From NCBI GenBank assembly GCA_030390025.1, contig CM059432.1, positions 123,010,001 through 123,074,000 on the forward strand: a stretch of DNA of 64,000 nt, given 5' to 3'. Both the position numbers and the translations under genes were made by a program. The notes below the pieces were generated by a model, which had not been told where the DNA came from, did not search any database, and was given only the letters and a program-made list of their open reading frames with translations. Source of the stretch: Squalus acanthias. Its lineage: Eukaryota. This document shows positions 24,108-37,472 of this stretch, piece after piece; position 1 is the first letter of the stretch; every line of letters starts with the position of its first letter.

Positions 24108-24220
24108 AATAGAATTACATATTATTTACAGCACAGAAACAGGCCATTCAGCCCAACTGGAGTGTTTATGCTCCACACAAGCCTCCTCCCACCCTACTGC
24201 ATCTAACCCTATCAGCATAT
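24108..24220 (-). mobile_element. CR1 3'-terminal fragment
   Basis: Matches 56935-57050 (acagcacagaaacaggccattc...). Confidence 0.7.
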
Positions 24221-24237
24221 GACTTCTTCATACCAGC

Positions 24238-24912
24238 AGGACCCCAAACACTCCTTCCAGGTGAAACAGTGATTTACTTGTACTTCTTGCAATTTAGTAT
24301 ACTGTATTCGCTGCTCACAATGCGGTCTCCTCTACATTGGGGAGACCAAACGCGGATTGGGTTATCGCTTTGCGGAACACCTCCGTTCAGTCCGTAAGGG
24401 TGACCCCGAGCTTCCGGTCGCCTGTCACTTTAATTCTCCTCTCCACTCCACTCCCACTCTGATTTCTCTGTCCTCGGCCTCTTACACTGTTCCAATGAAG
24501 CTCAACGTAAGCTCGAGGAACAGCACCTCATCTTTCGATTAGGCACTTTACAGCCTTCTGGATTCAACATTGAGTTCAACAATTTCAGACCATAACCTCT
24601 GCCCCTATTTTTCAGGCGGCAGCTGTTGATGATTCTGCCATCCCCATTTGCAACATTTAACCACTCCTGCCTTCCACCCTATCACAGACTTTCCCTTTTG
24701 TTCTTTCCTCCCCTTCCCCCCCCCCCCCCACCTTTCCCTGCACCTGCTTAAAATCTGTTACATCTCAAACTTTTTCCAGTTCTGACGAAGGGTCACAGAC
24801 CTGAAACGTTAACTCTGTTTCTCTCTCCACGGTTGCTGCCTGACCTGCTGAGTGTTTCCAGCATTTTCTGTTGTTATTTCAGATTTCCAGCATCCGCAGT
24901 ATTTTGCTGTTG
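24238..24912 (+). mobile_element. Penelope-like element 3' portion with GIY-YIG endonuclease remnant
   Basis: FTCTSCNLVYCIRCSQCGLLYIGETKRGLGYRFAEHLRSVRKGDPELPVACHFNS (VY...YIG, R..EH), followed by a terminal repeat with hammerhead motif. Confidence 0.92.
24778..24814 (+). ncRNA. Minimal type I hammerhead ribozyme motif (Penelope-type)
   Basis: AGTT-CTGACGA-A-GGGTC-ACA-GACCT-GAAA-CGTT-AACT; intact core. Confidence 0.75.
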
Positions 24913-27224
24913 GATAAATACTAATAATTCAATTTGAACGGACTTCTGACGGGTTTTGCATCCGCATGTCTAAATCGCAGAGAGGCACTGGGAAAGCAAT
25001 GCAATTATACAATATGGAACAGTTGCTGCAGTCATTACTCCTGGATTAAATTTGAAACCTGGAGTTTAATTTTTTTTTTAAATCTTTGTATACCTGACCA
25101 CTTCTATTCTGGAGGGCCCCAATATTAAAAGAGTACCGACTGCTATACCCGTGTGAATTCTTATCTTTCCCATGCCATGTTGTTTTTGAGTGAGATTAGC
25201 AATTTAGTTCCAATTTGTGCCAAGTTACCAACAATGATTATGTACTTGTTCCCACTAGGAGCAACATTGAGACTATCCAAACCTATTTCACAGATTTCTG
25301 CAGCCAGCAAAGGAAGGACTTTCATACCATCATTTGGGCTGGCTCTGAGCCTAGTCCAAGAGGTGAAAGGATGAATTCCTATAAAATTGGATGCACTGTT
25401 CTTTAAGAAATTGGTTTGGGTTGGATTAAGCCAGTTTGTGCTTCCTCTTTTACAGCATCTCAACTAAAGAAATGTAACAGTTCTCTGGCAGAACACAAAT
25501 GTAATAAAACTCTGTCCATACTATTGTATTTAAAAAAAAATTATGTGGGCATCTCTAAATATTGCTGCAACTTTGTGTTGTAAATTTGACATTTTATCAA
25601 AACATCTTGTTCTGTGACGTTGTTTGTCATAACCTAAATTTAAACTAGACGGTTGGTTATTGTGATGAGTTTTGCCATGTTAACATTAGTGGTTTGCAAC
25701 ATAAGTGTTTGATATAGAGTGAGATTACAAAATGTCAGATGCAGCAGTAGCCCTATAGGGACAAATGTAGCTTTAAACAATTTTCTGTTGAACCACTGCT
25801 GCTAATATTTGTTCCAAAACCACTCAACATTTGATTCAGTTTTTAATGAGTCCCAAGTTTTGTATTTTTTCATATCACCTTTATTATTTTTTGCAAAAAA
25901 AAACTTTAGTGTGAAAACAAATGATTACTTCTGAAATCAATTTTTCCCTTGGTATTAATCCAACTGTAATTTAAAATGTTTAATTTCTATGTGAATGTAT
26001 GTCGTGGGTCTAGTGCCATAGATTACCTTAAACCAATTAGATCACAGAGCCAGGGACCAGAAACTCTTTGACCAATCAGACGCTAGAGACCACTGTCCTG
26101 TCAGCCAATCAGATCTCAGACCCATGCCACTAGCGCCCGAACAGATCTCAGACCCATGTCACTAGAGACTATGCTGGAACTAACTCTTGTGTGTATTTTC
26201 TGGTTTGGTTGTTTTTGTGACTGACCGCCTGTCCCACTCTGTACTTCTAACTGAATGAACATATAAAGAATGCAATAATTCAGGAAACAAATTGCAAACG
26301 TAACCATGGACCGCCCAATCACTCTGTCTCTCACTTCTCCACCTCCCATATAGTACCAGCACCCTTGACTCCAAGTACACTTTCCTGGAAGGTACCACAC
26401 CCACGCACAGTGCTCCAGGGCCTGGCCCAAATCAGGCCTGATGTGAAAAGTATATGTGCAGCAGACTAAAGGCATGTGCATGCTAACTACTCCTAACCTA
26501 CAGTTGTCCACTTGGTGTATGGTCCTAGCTGTTCATGCAGCCATTGGCCCCAAATCCAGTTGGGCACCCATGGTCCTTCACTGAGACCTGCAGCTCCTCC
26601 ACTTCGCATTCTCAACACCAGTCCAATCGCACCCCAGAGTCCCAGCCAGCCCCACCTCTCGTCACATCTTCCACGCCCAGCAACTACTGAATTGCGCCTG
26701 CATCTCAACCTGACAACTTTCCCCATTGCCCGCAAGCTCAGATTTGTCAGCTCTGCACCCTGATGAATGTGCAATGCCAAAGGGCATCTGCAATGACTTT
26801 CAGAAGACCAGCATTAAATGTTGGCCCAATTTTCACAAGCTGTACATTTGTGACGCTGAAATATGGCATGAAGACTATATAACATCAAGTTAACATTCAT
26901 GTAACAATTACTCAAATGAAAATAAACTTTAAACATTTATAACCTTCAATATTGGCCAAGCAAATGGCCTAGGGATGTTTCATACTTAGTCCAAAAGGAG
27001 ACCGGTAATAACTTGGCAAATTTCATTATGTATATTGGAATTGGAAAGATACAGCAAAGTGACAGTGGTACTCTAAAATTGTGGAACCTGAAATTGAGTA
27101 TCCTGAAAATTAAAAGTATTACAATTAACAACTAGAGAAGGTCTGAAAGGTATACAGAGAGAGAGAGAAAGGCATGTGGAAAAAGGAGAGAAAAACAAAG
27201 AATTAAGCCTGCATTTAAACTCCT

Positions 27225-27870
27225 GGCAGGAGTTGTGCGGCTGGGGGCCAAGGTGGGAGTCTAACCGCTCAGCCCCCACAACGTGAGGCCCGGGAGATTT
27301 TAACTCCAGGGCCTCATTTGCATGCTGGCCACATTCTCGTGCCCAAACTGGTCAGGTTAGCCCTAACTGGCTGGCAATTGGCTGTGGGATTTTGGTGGCA
27401 GGAGGCTGTAGTCAGAGACACCAGAGAAATGGTCCCTGGCAGTCAGGTAAGTGCATAGAAGAAGGGGTCGGGAGCGCATCACAGTTGGGGAAGGGGAGGG
27501 ACGCCTGAGGCAAGGAGGGCTCAAGGTTTCTATGTGGAGCCCAGAGGAGCACTCCTGCTCCTCCTGGCTCACATGGAAACCAAAAACAAAATGAAATAAC
27601 TTAACTTATCTGGGCCTCTTCCGGCCCCAGACCAACTTGTCGCCAGGTTGACCTGGCAGAGAAGCCATGACAGCTTTCTCACTTAGGCCTCAGGTAAAAA
27701 TTGTAGTCAGGCCCTGATGATGATGTTGGAGCCTGCTGCCTCTCGGTGAGTGACCCACACGCCTGCTAAAAACAGATGGTTCAAATTATAATGCCCCGTT
27801 CAAATGAGAGGGCAGCGGGATTGGAGGAGCAAGTTGCTGCCCCGATTTTTTATCTTCCCACCGCCCAGTT
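27225..27870. mobile_element. GC-rich non-autonomous DNA-transposon-like repeat
   Basis: Motifs shared with 4905-5260, 29330-29505 and 48362-48530; termini not resolved. Confidence 0.45.
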
Positions 27871-28316
27871 TCCTCAGTTAACAGGAAAGTTCTACACTAT
27901 TGTCTGCTATTTTAAATGTAGAGATGAAGGAGCTTTTCATGACTATAGTTAGCAAATACGGCAACAGTAAACAAGAGAAGTATGTTTGGAAATGCATGTT
28001 CCGTGGTATTTTATTAATAGCCAAGTCAATGCTACAGGAAACCCAAAGCAAGCTAGTTTTGAGGTTGACTGGATAGCTGTTCTTTATTTCTGTATACTGT
28101 TCTCTTGCACTCTAGTTCTTTTGAAGGCAGCACAAGAATTAGAATTTCTCTCCTCTCAGCCCTAAAAGTAACTCCATCATAACTTTGAGCCAATGTTACT
28201 CAAGCATCTTGATAATTCTTCCACAATATAGTTAAGAAATGCGTCTAGCAAATGAGGTATTGTTTGCCCTGCTTATAATTGCTTTATTTTCATCTTTCTA
28301 TTTTTTTTTCATTTAG

Positions 28317-28515
28317 GTCAGAGTGACTCAGAAACTACACAATCTCTGCACAGTGAGAATTCCCATGTTTCTGAGCCTCCATCAGAGCAGTGTGCGGTCG
28401 TTACCCTTCACTTCTCGTCCGCTGTATGCAGCTTGCTTGCTAACCTACTGGCAGCTATTCCAGAAGACACATTAACTGCAGTCAAGCAAAACCACCTTCT
28501 TGCAGCTTTCCATGG
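28317..28515 (+). CDS. RTTN: Rotatin coding exon (7th)
   Basis: Long pyrimidine tract plus atttag, donor gtaggt; 199 nt, phase 1/2, (G)QSDSETTQSLHSENSHVSEPPSEQCAVVTLHFSSAVCSLLANLLAAIPEDTLTAVKQNHLLAAFH. Confidence 0.9.
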
Positions 28516-28593
28516 GTAGGTGATCTGTATAACAATATCTGGAAATGATTAAAGGATGGTAATGTTCTCCTGTTTAAGACTGCAGAGGATATT

Positions 28594-29283
28594 GGCCCAG
28601 AATTTGCTGGGACGGGGCATCTCACGGCGTGCCCCGTTTTTGTTGGTGGTGCGAGCTGATAACTTGAGGGGACAACGGGGCATCTGGGACCTTCGGGAGC
28701 AACAGTCTATCTCCTGAACCAATGAGATTTAAGGATTGAGGAATAAAACAGAGGATCGATGGAGAAGGAGAGTAAATTAGAGTCACATCAGGTACAGGAA
28801 GAGAAATAAAGAGAAGAAAATAAGGATTGGATTAGGAGAGAGAGAAAAAAAAGAGACAGAAAGCAAAAGTAAGGAAAAAAAAATTAAAAATTTTAAATGT
28901 TAAAAATCTCTAACAATTTACTACCTGTAAGAATAAGACTCCACAGTTTAAATTGTTCCCTTTCTTGTCTGGAGAGGTTGATTGGCATTGCAGGAACATC
29001 AATCTCATCATTAAAAAGGTACTTGGCTGTTGCGTAGCAGCCCTAACATTCTATGACGGGTTTAATTGGCAATTAATGCACAAATGTAACAACTTCATGA
29101 AACTCACGGGGAGGTCGAGGGCGAGCTGATGTTTTCACGAGGCTAATGGTGGAGCGGCGCAACTTGTGGCAAATAGCAACTCGCAGTGTATCTCTTCCTC
29201 GCCACAATTTGCTGGATGATTTCCACATTAATAACAGCAAGCGCCATTAAACCCGTCATTATTTAGGCAGCAAATTCTGGGCC
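28594..29283. mobile_element. Harbinger-like MITE with perfect TIRs
   Basis: ATT|GGCCCAGAATTTGCTG ... CAGCAAATTCTGGGCC|ATT: 16-bp perfect TIR, 3-bp TSD; 690 bp. Confidence 0.92.
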
Positions 29284-31839
29284 ATTATGTTAGTCAGACA
29301 TTTACAGGACTGAAACCCCTCTTACAGACGGCAATCCTGCAAGGGAGTCTTTATTGGAGGCCGGCAGATTTTAATGGCTGGACCTCATTTCAATGCTGCC
29401 GGTCAGTTGCTCGCCCATCATGGGCAGAAAGTGTTAGCTGGCGGGCGGGGGGTCGAAGATTGGGTGGCCACCCGCTTGACACCAAGAGAAGTTAAAATTC
29501 CCCCTTTAGTGTCTCAGTTCATATAGCTCGTTTAAATTTGTGAATAACATCCACAAAATGTAATTTTTGATGTGAAAGATGTCTCCTGTATTGTACTGCT
29601 TCGTCTTAAAACCTGCAATTGATCAATTGTTTCCAGAAGATTATATTTTTTATATATACTATATGAAATATATGCATTCTACTATTTATCCTTGTTATCC
29701 CACCCATATATAGTATCAAATTTATCACTTAACCATGATGACATTGTGATCAAAATTACTTTTCCCTCCCCAACACTGACAACTATTTTCATCTGGATAG
29801 AATTGATAGGCAGCTAGCTGATTTGCCATACTGAAGGGTATCTAAGTACCCTCTACTCTTGTGATAATCGGACATTGGACAACCCCAGAGGAAAAGAAAT
29901 TTCCTGAGTGCAAGCACTGCAATGTTTCGGCAGGTATTACAGTAACACTGGGTTATAACATTTAAGATATTTTTTCTAAATTATTTATGTAGGTTACTTT
30001 TTTAACAAAGCTGAGCTGTTGATTGTACTTACCAGTCGAAAAACAGACATCCTGGCATTTCCCTTGCATAGTATCAAAGATCAGATAAAACAAAGACTAC
30101 TTAATTGACACAATAGAGCTCTGTTACATTTATCATATCCTTGTAAATCTTTAACAACATATTTTATGGAGCAACTCCATTGGCTTGTTCCCCAGCCCTT
30201 ACAAATCATCAAAGTGTTCATCTGTTTCGTGGTTTACAAATGCAGCTATGCCAAAAAAGAGGGCATGTCACTCCCAGGATGCCCCTGAACTCATCCAGGA
30301 AGCCTACCACTTCTCATAGTTGAAACTAGACAGAGCATTGCAACAAAACATTACTGCTCAGATTCTCCAAACTGATTTAAATGACATTTCACCTGCTTTT
30401 TCTCTCCAGCATTTACACAAAACTAAACAGATGGAGTTATTATGGATGCTGAGCACGATAACGATCAGTGCATTCCCTTCCCTCCTCCTGATACTGTGTC
30501 ATGGCTCAGCCCACCTGACCTTAATAGGCAATTCTCCAGGCGCTATGCACGAGGAAGGGAACCCTAAATGTGTCGATGGTGGTTTCAACTCCCTTAGCAG
30601 GAAGGTGGGTTTAGGAAGTTTCAGCCAACTTTACTGGACAATATATTTTTAAGGGATCATGGTTTCTCTGCAAAACCTCTGACTGTGTATGGAAGCCAGT
30701 GTCACCCTACCAACCAACCGCCTTTTCTTTCACAGAAAAGACTTATTAGCTGCCCGGCAACATCCCATTGTATCACTAACACTAGACGTCTGAAATTAGG
30801 TCTTCATCTTAGTGAACTACCCCAGCCATGTCAGCCGTTTCCATTTTGTTTTAACCTGTACAAAGTTTATTTTGATTTAAGGCATAGCGTGAAAATGCTG
30901 TCACTAAGGTAGGCAGGCTACTTTAGAAGGCTGAAATCCTGACCTACCAACAGCCAATCAATGGGCTGCACAACAGTACGTTTTCTGCTATGTTCCAATC
31001 TGATGATTAATCTAGTATCCTTCCATACTCCCCAAGACCTACCACAAGCTGATGCACCTAGAACCAACCCTTAGGAGCCAAGAACGGGGGTACGGTAGCA
31101 TAGTGGTTATGTTACTGGACCAGCACTCCACCAAAATTCCCTTGCTCTTTCCCCACCCAGTCTTAAGAATGTAGACAATAATGGAAGGACAGGGACATCC
31201 CAGCGTCTGAGTACTTGCGTAAGCAGCACTTAAAAGCTCAAGCTAAATTCTTTTACTACCCCTCGCACCTAGTGACCAACAAGCCCTGACCTGTCATTCT
31301 CTCCCCGCTCCCCCCAGCAATTTGACGAGGACCTAGCTACATTGAGAAACAACTCTAATCCTATCCATATGTTGTGCTGTATACTGTACCAGGCATGTCC
31401 ATATGCTTGTACAGATCTGTAAGCTTGTGTAGCTTTATATACATAATGATTCATCCAGATATGGAAACTTTGTAGATTTTGAGATATTGAAGTCAAAAGA
31501 TTACGGTTTTGTTATGATCATAAGAATCCTGCTGTCTATATTACTCATACTTTTAACAGCTCTTACAAGTAATAGATTTTCCATCTCTGTGCATCATTTT
31601 TGTAGTATTCACTTAATAATTATCTTGGATTCATAGAATGTTACAACACAGAAGCAGGCCACTGGGCCCATTAAGTCTATGCCAGTGTTTATCTCCACAT
31701 CATCTTCATTATGTAGAGAACTATCCTGAGGATTTGGCCCAGGCTTTACATGTTCTAAATTGGGGTAGATAATTTTGATGGCTGAAAGCTTCCTTTCTCT
31801 TACTGAAAGGTTCTACTGAGAAATAGACAAAGCCACATT

Positions 31840-32016
31840 AAATATATTCATGGCTGAGCTGGATAAGTTTTTGGACTCCAGGGGAATCGAGGGATATGGG
31901 GATCGGGCGGGAAAGTGGAGTTGAGGTAGAAAATCAGCCATGATCTTATCGAATGGAGGAGCAGGCTCGAAGGGTCGTATGGCCTACTACAGCTCTTAAT
32001 TCTTATGTTCTTATGT
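31840..32016 (+). mobile_element. CR1 3' UTR fragment
   Basis: atcagccatgatctt...gcaggctcgaagggtc...ttcttatgttcttatg tail, also shared with the V-SINE tail. Confidence 0.8.
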
Positions 32017-32164
32017 TTACAATGGTGTTTATGCCATTTTTGTAATTCATATAAATGTGTGTAAAAGTTCAACTGATGAGTGGAGTATAGGAGCTTCCAT
32101 GCAAAATGGAAATGAATAACAGAGGGCTATCCACCCATCTTGCATCTTTGTGGTCAGCATTGTA

Positions 32165-32760
32165 GAGGCTCCTCCCTCCTTCTCCGGCTCCTCCCTCCTT
32201 CTCCAACTCCTCCCTCTTTCTTCAGCTCCTGCCCCCCCTCCTCCAGCGCCTGCCCCCACATCCTCCAGCTCCCAGCTCCAGCCTCCTGCCCCAACCTCCT
32301 CTGCTCCTGCCCCCCCCTCCTCCAGCTCCCTGCCCCCCCTCCTCCAGCCTCCTGCCCCCGCCATTCTCCAGCTCCTGGCCCCCCTCCATCTCCAGCTCCT
32401 GCCCCCCCTCCTCCAGCTCCTTGCCCCCCTCCTCCTGCTCCCCCCCTCCTCCAGCTCCTGCCCCCCCTCCTCCAGCTCCTGCCCCCCCTCCTCCAGCTCC
32501 TGCCCTCACCCCTCCTCCAGCTCCTTGCCCCCTCCTCCAGCTCCTGCCCCCCCCTCTCCAGCTCCTGCCCCCCCTCCTCCAGCTCCTGCCCCCCCTCCTC
32601 CAGCTCCTGCCCCCCCTCCTCCAGCTCCTGCCCCCCCTCCTCCAGCTCCTGCCCCACCTCCACCAGCTCCTGCGTCCCCCCCCTCCACCAGCTCCTGCGT
32701 CCCCCCCTCCACCAGCTCCTGCGTCGTCCCCCCTGCTTCAGCTCCTTCCTCCCCTATCCC
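32165..32760. repeat. C-rich minisatellite, ~21-bp unit CCAGCTCCTGCCCCCCCTCCT
   Basis: Direct read; near-perfect units at 32535-32660, degenerate at the edges. Confidence 0.95.
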
Positions 32761-33659
32761 CCGCCTTCTAGCTCTGCTTGACCCGAATGCTGCCCATAGC
32801 ATTGATTTCCCCCTGTTCAACGCCACCGGTGATTGACTCGAGATATATAGATATATATTTTCCTTCGAAGAATAATGTTCTTTAATTCGGGTTTAAGTTA
32901 ACATTTTAACATGAAGCTATGCTTTTTCTTTTTCTCATTACAGTCAGAACCATGTATTCATTTAAAACTTCTCATTTATTATTAATATGTAAGTGGCAAT
33001 TATGTTTCATCAATTTCATGCTTGGTACTGCTGCAGCTGCAAGCTCGAGACATTTCTCCAGTTACAGCCTCTGAAGTTGAATCACACACAGGCCTGGAAC
33101 CAGAAATTCACATTGCTTAAAGAGCAGCTTAATGACACCTTTCACAAGCTAGGCTCCTTCTCAAGATAAGAAATAAGCAAGGTTGTCTTAGCAAACATAT
33201 TAACAGAGAAGGAGCTAAATATATGAGTTTTGTTGTTGCCAAAAGAATGTTTTTATCATGTTTTTGTTCTGCTGTAATTGTCCGTGAAAAAGTTTTAGAC
33301 ATTCTAATTAGGGACACTGGCCCCTTTAATGGGTATGCATTCCCACATCTGCTCTGTGAACAGTAGAAACAGATTATTATACTTTACATTGACTCAAACA
33401 TTATAAGACATGACTCAGACCATGAATTCATGTTCTTCTTTCTTGCAACTTTTAAATTAACACATTGGCAATCGCGTACAAACAATTACCTATGGCCTCA
33501 ATCCTCGCTGTTTGCTGCCAGAAGGATGACTAATCATGTGTCACAACTGGCTGGAATTACAAAATTTCTCTCTTAATCCTATGGATTTGACTTTGGTATG
33601 TACACTCTGAGTTGACGGCAGTGACAGCCATTGGGAACAAAGCAGAAAATGTAATTTTG

Positions 33660-34068
33660 GCACAATGTTGGTATTCTTGCCTCTGGGTCAGACAGTTGAG
33701 TGTTCTGGTCCTAATCCAGGACTCGAACACATAATCTGAAGGAGTGCTGCATTACCAGAGATGCCATCTTTCAAATGAGATGCGAAACCTCTCTGTTCAG
33801 GTGGATGTAAAAGACACTATTCAGAGAAGAGCAGGGGTGTTCTCCTGGTGTCCTGGCCAACATTTATCCCTCAACCAACAACACTAAAACCGATTAACTG
33901 GTCATTTATATCATTGCTGTTTGTGGGACTTTGTGTGTAAATTGGCTGTCACGTTTGCTTACACTACAACGGTGACTATACTTCAAAAGTATTTCATTAG
34001 CTGTGAAGCCCTTTGGGACATCCTGAGGAAGCTAAATGCTCTATATAAATACCACTTCTTTGTTTCTA
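33660..34068 (+). mobile_element. Deu-domain SINE, near full length and degraded
   Basis: tRNA-like head remnant, caggtggatgtaaaaga...gaagagcagggg..ttctcctggtgtcctggccaacatttatccctcaa, L2-type tail. Confidence 0.8.
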
Positions 34069-34469
34069 TCCATATGACCCTTGACTTGATGGTACTGATC
34101 AGTAGTTCCCAACTTTATAGTGTGTTATAAATCCTTAATGCACTGCCTGACAATCAGAGAGGAGCCTCTATTTAAGAGACAATAAAATGATGGCTTAGAA
34201 AAGTGCTATATACTGGAATATGTGATGAAGTTTCAGTGGTGACATTTATGAATTCTTTAATATGGGTATTGTTGTGCAATGATTCAAGAGTGCAGTGACA
34301 TCTAAATGAGCAGCAGTTGCTGGCTTTTGAATCATCCCAATGAATAAAAATTAGCCATTGAAACTAGAAGCACATACATTTAACAAGAAAAAAAAGATAC
34401 CCTGAAGCTATTAAAAAGTGAAAATCTATCCTGAGTTCCGATGTAATCACTTTCAGTTAACTATTATTA

Positions 34470-34845
34470 TTGAGATAGAGTGATAAGGGGGAAGGTAGGC
34501 CCATTAAAGACAGATGCAAGTGAGACTATAATGGACAATAAGGAAATGGTAGACTTTTTAAATGAATACTTTGTATCCATATTCACAATAGTGGAAGAGG
34601 ACAAAAAAAGTACAAGGGAACCTAAAAAATAAGTCAAGGGAGGAACTGAGTAGTTTTAATAAGTTTTTTTTTAAATGGTAATGGAGAAAATAATGGAACT
34701 TAAGATAAACAAATCTTTTGTAAGGTGAGGATAGAAGAGATATGGATCAAAGCAGATAAATGGAGTTGAGGTGCAGATTAGGCATAATCTGATTGAATGG
34801 TGGAACAGGCTCAAGGGGCTGAATGGCCGACTCCTGTTCCTATGT
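34470..34845 (+). mobile_element. Degraded CR1 fragments (pre-RT region joined to 3' UTR)
   Basis: ggaaatgg...aatgaatactttg pre-RT motif and tail gctcaaggggctgaatggccgactcctgttcctatg. Confidence 0.6.
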
Positions 34846-37472
34846 AACAGGAAATAATGTAGCACAGACAGAAAGTGCTCACAGGCATAAGTTTTTTTTT
34901 AATACAACATAATGGATACAATCATCATCGGAAGCCTGTCAGAGCCTTGCCTCCTTCATTGTGTTTGGTGTAATCTAAACCTTAGCAGTATGAAAAATAA
35001 AAAATATTGTCTTGTTTGCATGGTGAGCCATTTAATTATTCAGTGAAATTCTGGCAAATTAATATAGTTGATGAGTTATAACCTATCCATAAAATAATTC
35101 TTTCATATTCTAAATATATAAACCACAAATGTTAAATTAGGTTGTTTCAAATAAATTTGACACATGCCCTTCCTGCAGTTATTTGTCAACATCTTCAGAT
35201 TTTTGGCATCAGCACAGATTATGTGGTTTTGTCTGGTTAACAGCATATGAATGTAAACATTCCTCTCCAGCCATGTCGCCCACTCCTACTTGGGCTCTGC
35301 CTGATTCTGTGGTGATCAGATTCTTCCAAAGAGAGCTTGAAGATTAGACCAGCACCCAAGAGAAGAATCATAGAATGACACGGCACAGAAGGAGGCCCTT
35401 CGGCCCACCATGCCTGTGGCTTGATACTCGAATAGGAACGAGATCTTGGCCGGGGCTATCAGAGGGCAGGAGCCCAATTCTGGCTCTATGTCCTTATGGA
35501 GGTGAAAGGAAAAAAAACTAGAAGTCTGCAGAGAAAATATTTTTTTGTCAGCTGGTTGTCCCATGCATGGGCACCCACACCACCATGCTAAAGAGTCTCC
35601 TAAGGAAACAGTTGAGAAATTGATGTAGATTTTCTGATTGCCTGATGCACAGTGCACATTCTCTCCCTGTAAGAATACACCCCACGTACCTAAACAAGCT
35701 GAGAGAACCTGGAATAGGTTTGCGATAGCTAAGGCTACAGGTCTTATAAATATGTGCAGGCATATTACATGAGCTCATCCAGCCAAAACTTCCAACCTTA
35801 CCCAGTGCAAAGCACTGTTGAGTTTCCTGCAGCGTATCCAGCTGTGAGTGTCCTATTCATTAGGGCATTTGCTTGCATGATTCTCTCGAGCCAACTGAGA
35901 ATCATCCTACGCTCCAGTGATATGTCTCATTAATATACTAAAATGTCTGCCCAATCATCAACAATTGCCTGGGGTACTGCGATGTAGCTCAAGTATCTGC
36001 CGCAGAAGGTTGATTTGGTTCCAATTTTCCATTTCCAGTTAAGTCATCTCAGAGCAACCTCAAGCTCATAGATTTCCAGCTTAGCTCTGCAGCTACTGAA
36101 GGAAAATAGTCACTTGTTGGTCATTTTGCAACTGATCAGCATAGGTTGGAGCTCTTTTTCTAGGCAGAAACGAGGTGCCAAGAATTCCCTCTAAAATGCA
36201 TGGTGCAAGCCAAGGAAATGTACATCATTGGGGTAATTTGATGAATTTGTGCTCCAGGTGAACAGCTTCACCTACTGATACCTGGAATTTTGATGTTGGT
36301 TCCCTACAATTTTCCATTCATTAATTTTAGTTCTACGCCAGAAATGCAAATTTATAAATTTACCTCTCCTATCTCATTGAACAGTTCCACAGGTTGTAGG
36401 AGTAGGCCTTCAACAGCAACTGCTGTCTTCCTCTGAAACCCAATCTTGGTAAACACTGAACTCTGGATATAAGGTTGTGTTCTCCTACTGTCTCCATTTA
36501 ACAGCAGCTGTCATCCAGGTCTGAGATTCCTCATTAGCTATGCAACAGACATCTGCCTTCAGCACGTTGAACCCTTGCAGAACAAGTAGAATGCAGTGTC
36601 CTAGACTTGCTTATCTTCAGCTGCTTAATCAACGTTCTCACATGAAGGGATTTGACAGTCATGGCTGCCGAGAAGATGACTCCACCTCCAAATACTGAGT
36701 GGCATTGTAAGACAACCCTCTTTCCTTGCAACTGTTTCCTGCCACAATTCCACTTCACAGTTCAGTCCTGGAACTTGCATGTGCACTGAAGGAAGCTCTT
36801 CCTTTGCATACTTAGTGGCTCCAAAGCATGAAAGACAACTGTTTTTCAATATAAATCTTATACTCCATAATTTTAACCTACATTGGGACTTTACGGTCAT
36901 TGAAGAAAAACGAGTAAGCGCAGGACACAGTTTGCCAATTTGCGGTGTGGTCTCAAAGAACAATGTTCAATCTAAAGCTGGCATTCTCAAGAACCTCTAG
37001 TTACTGATGGGAATTAAGAGTTGGGTTAGATGCCCAGTGTATCATCTAATTAATATGTTTAACTTCTCAGCTTGTCATTATACTGGATAGTGGGTCACCC
37101 ACCGTCATATATCACTAGTTATCCAGTAATTCACGATAGTGAGTAGAATGCACTAGATTCCCAAGCAAGTGGGGAAAAATAAGGGGAATGGGAGCACCGT
37201 AGGTTGCACTGGCATGGGACAATGGGCCAAATGTACTCAGTGTACTGAAATTTCAGTGATTTTATGGTGCTATCCAGCACATCATTTGACATTGAATAGG
37301 ATGCATAACAGCAATGACCATGCTTCACTCCTCTTTCAAGTGAATATCCCATCTTTCTCTACTTGGAGCTGGAGTGAAATCCAGAATTAGACCACACACT
37401 TGTATTGCTTCCAGCTTTGTGAGTGTCACGTGAGGTACTAGATTGAAGAGAGAAAGTTAGAAATGTGGGAGA

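Noticed and set aside
32047..32836. Multiple long Pro/Gly/Leu-rich ORFs on both strands
   Set aside because: Artefact of a stop-free 21-bp minisatellite; no splice or domain support.
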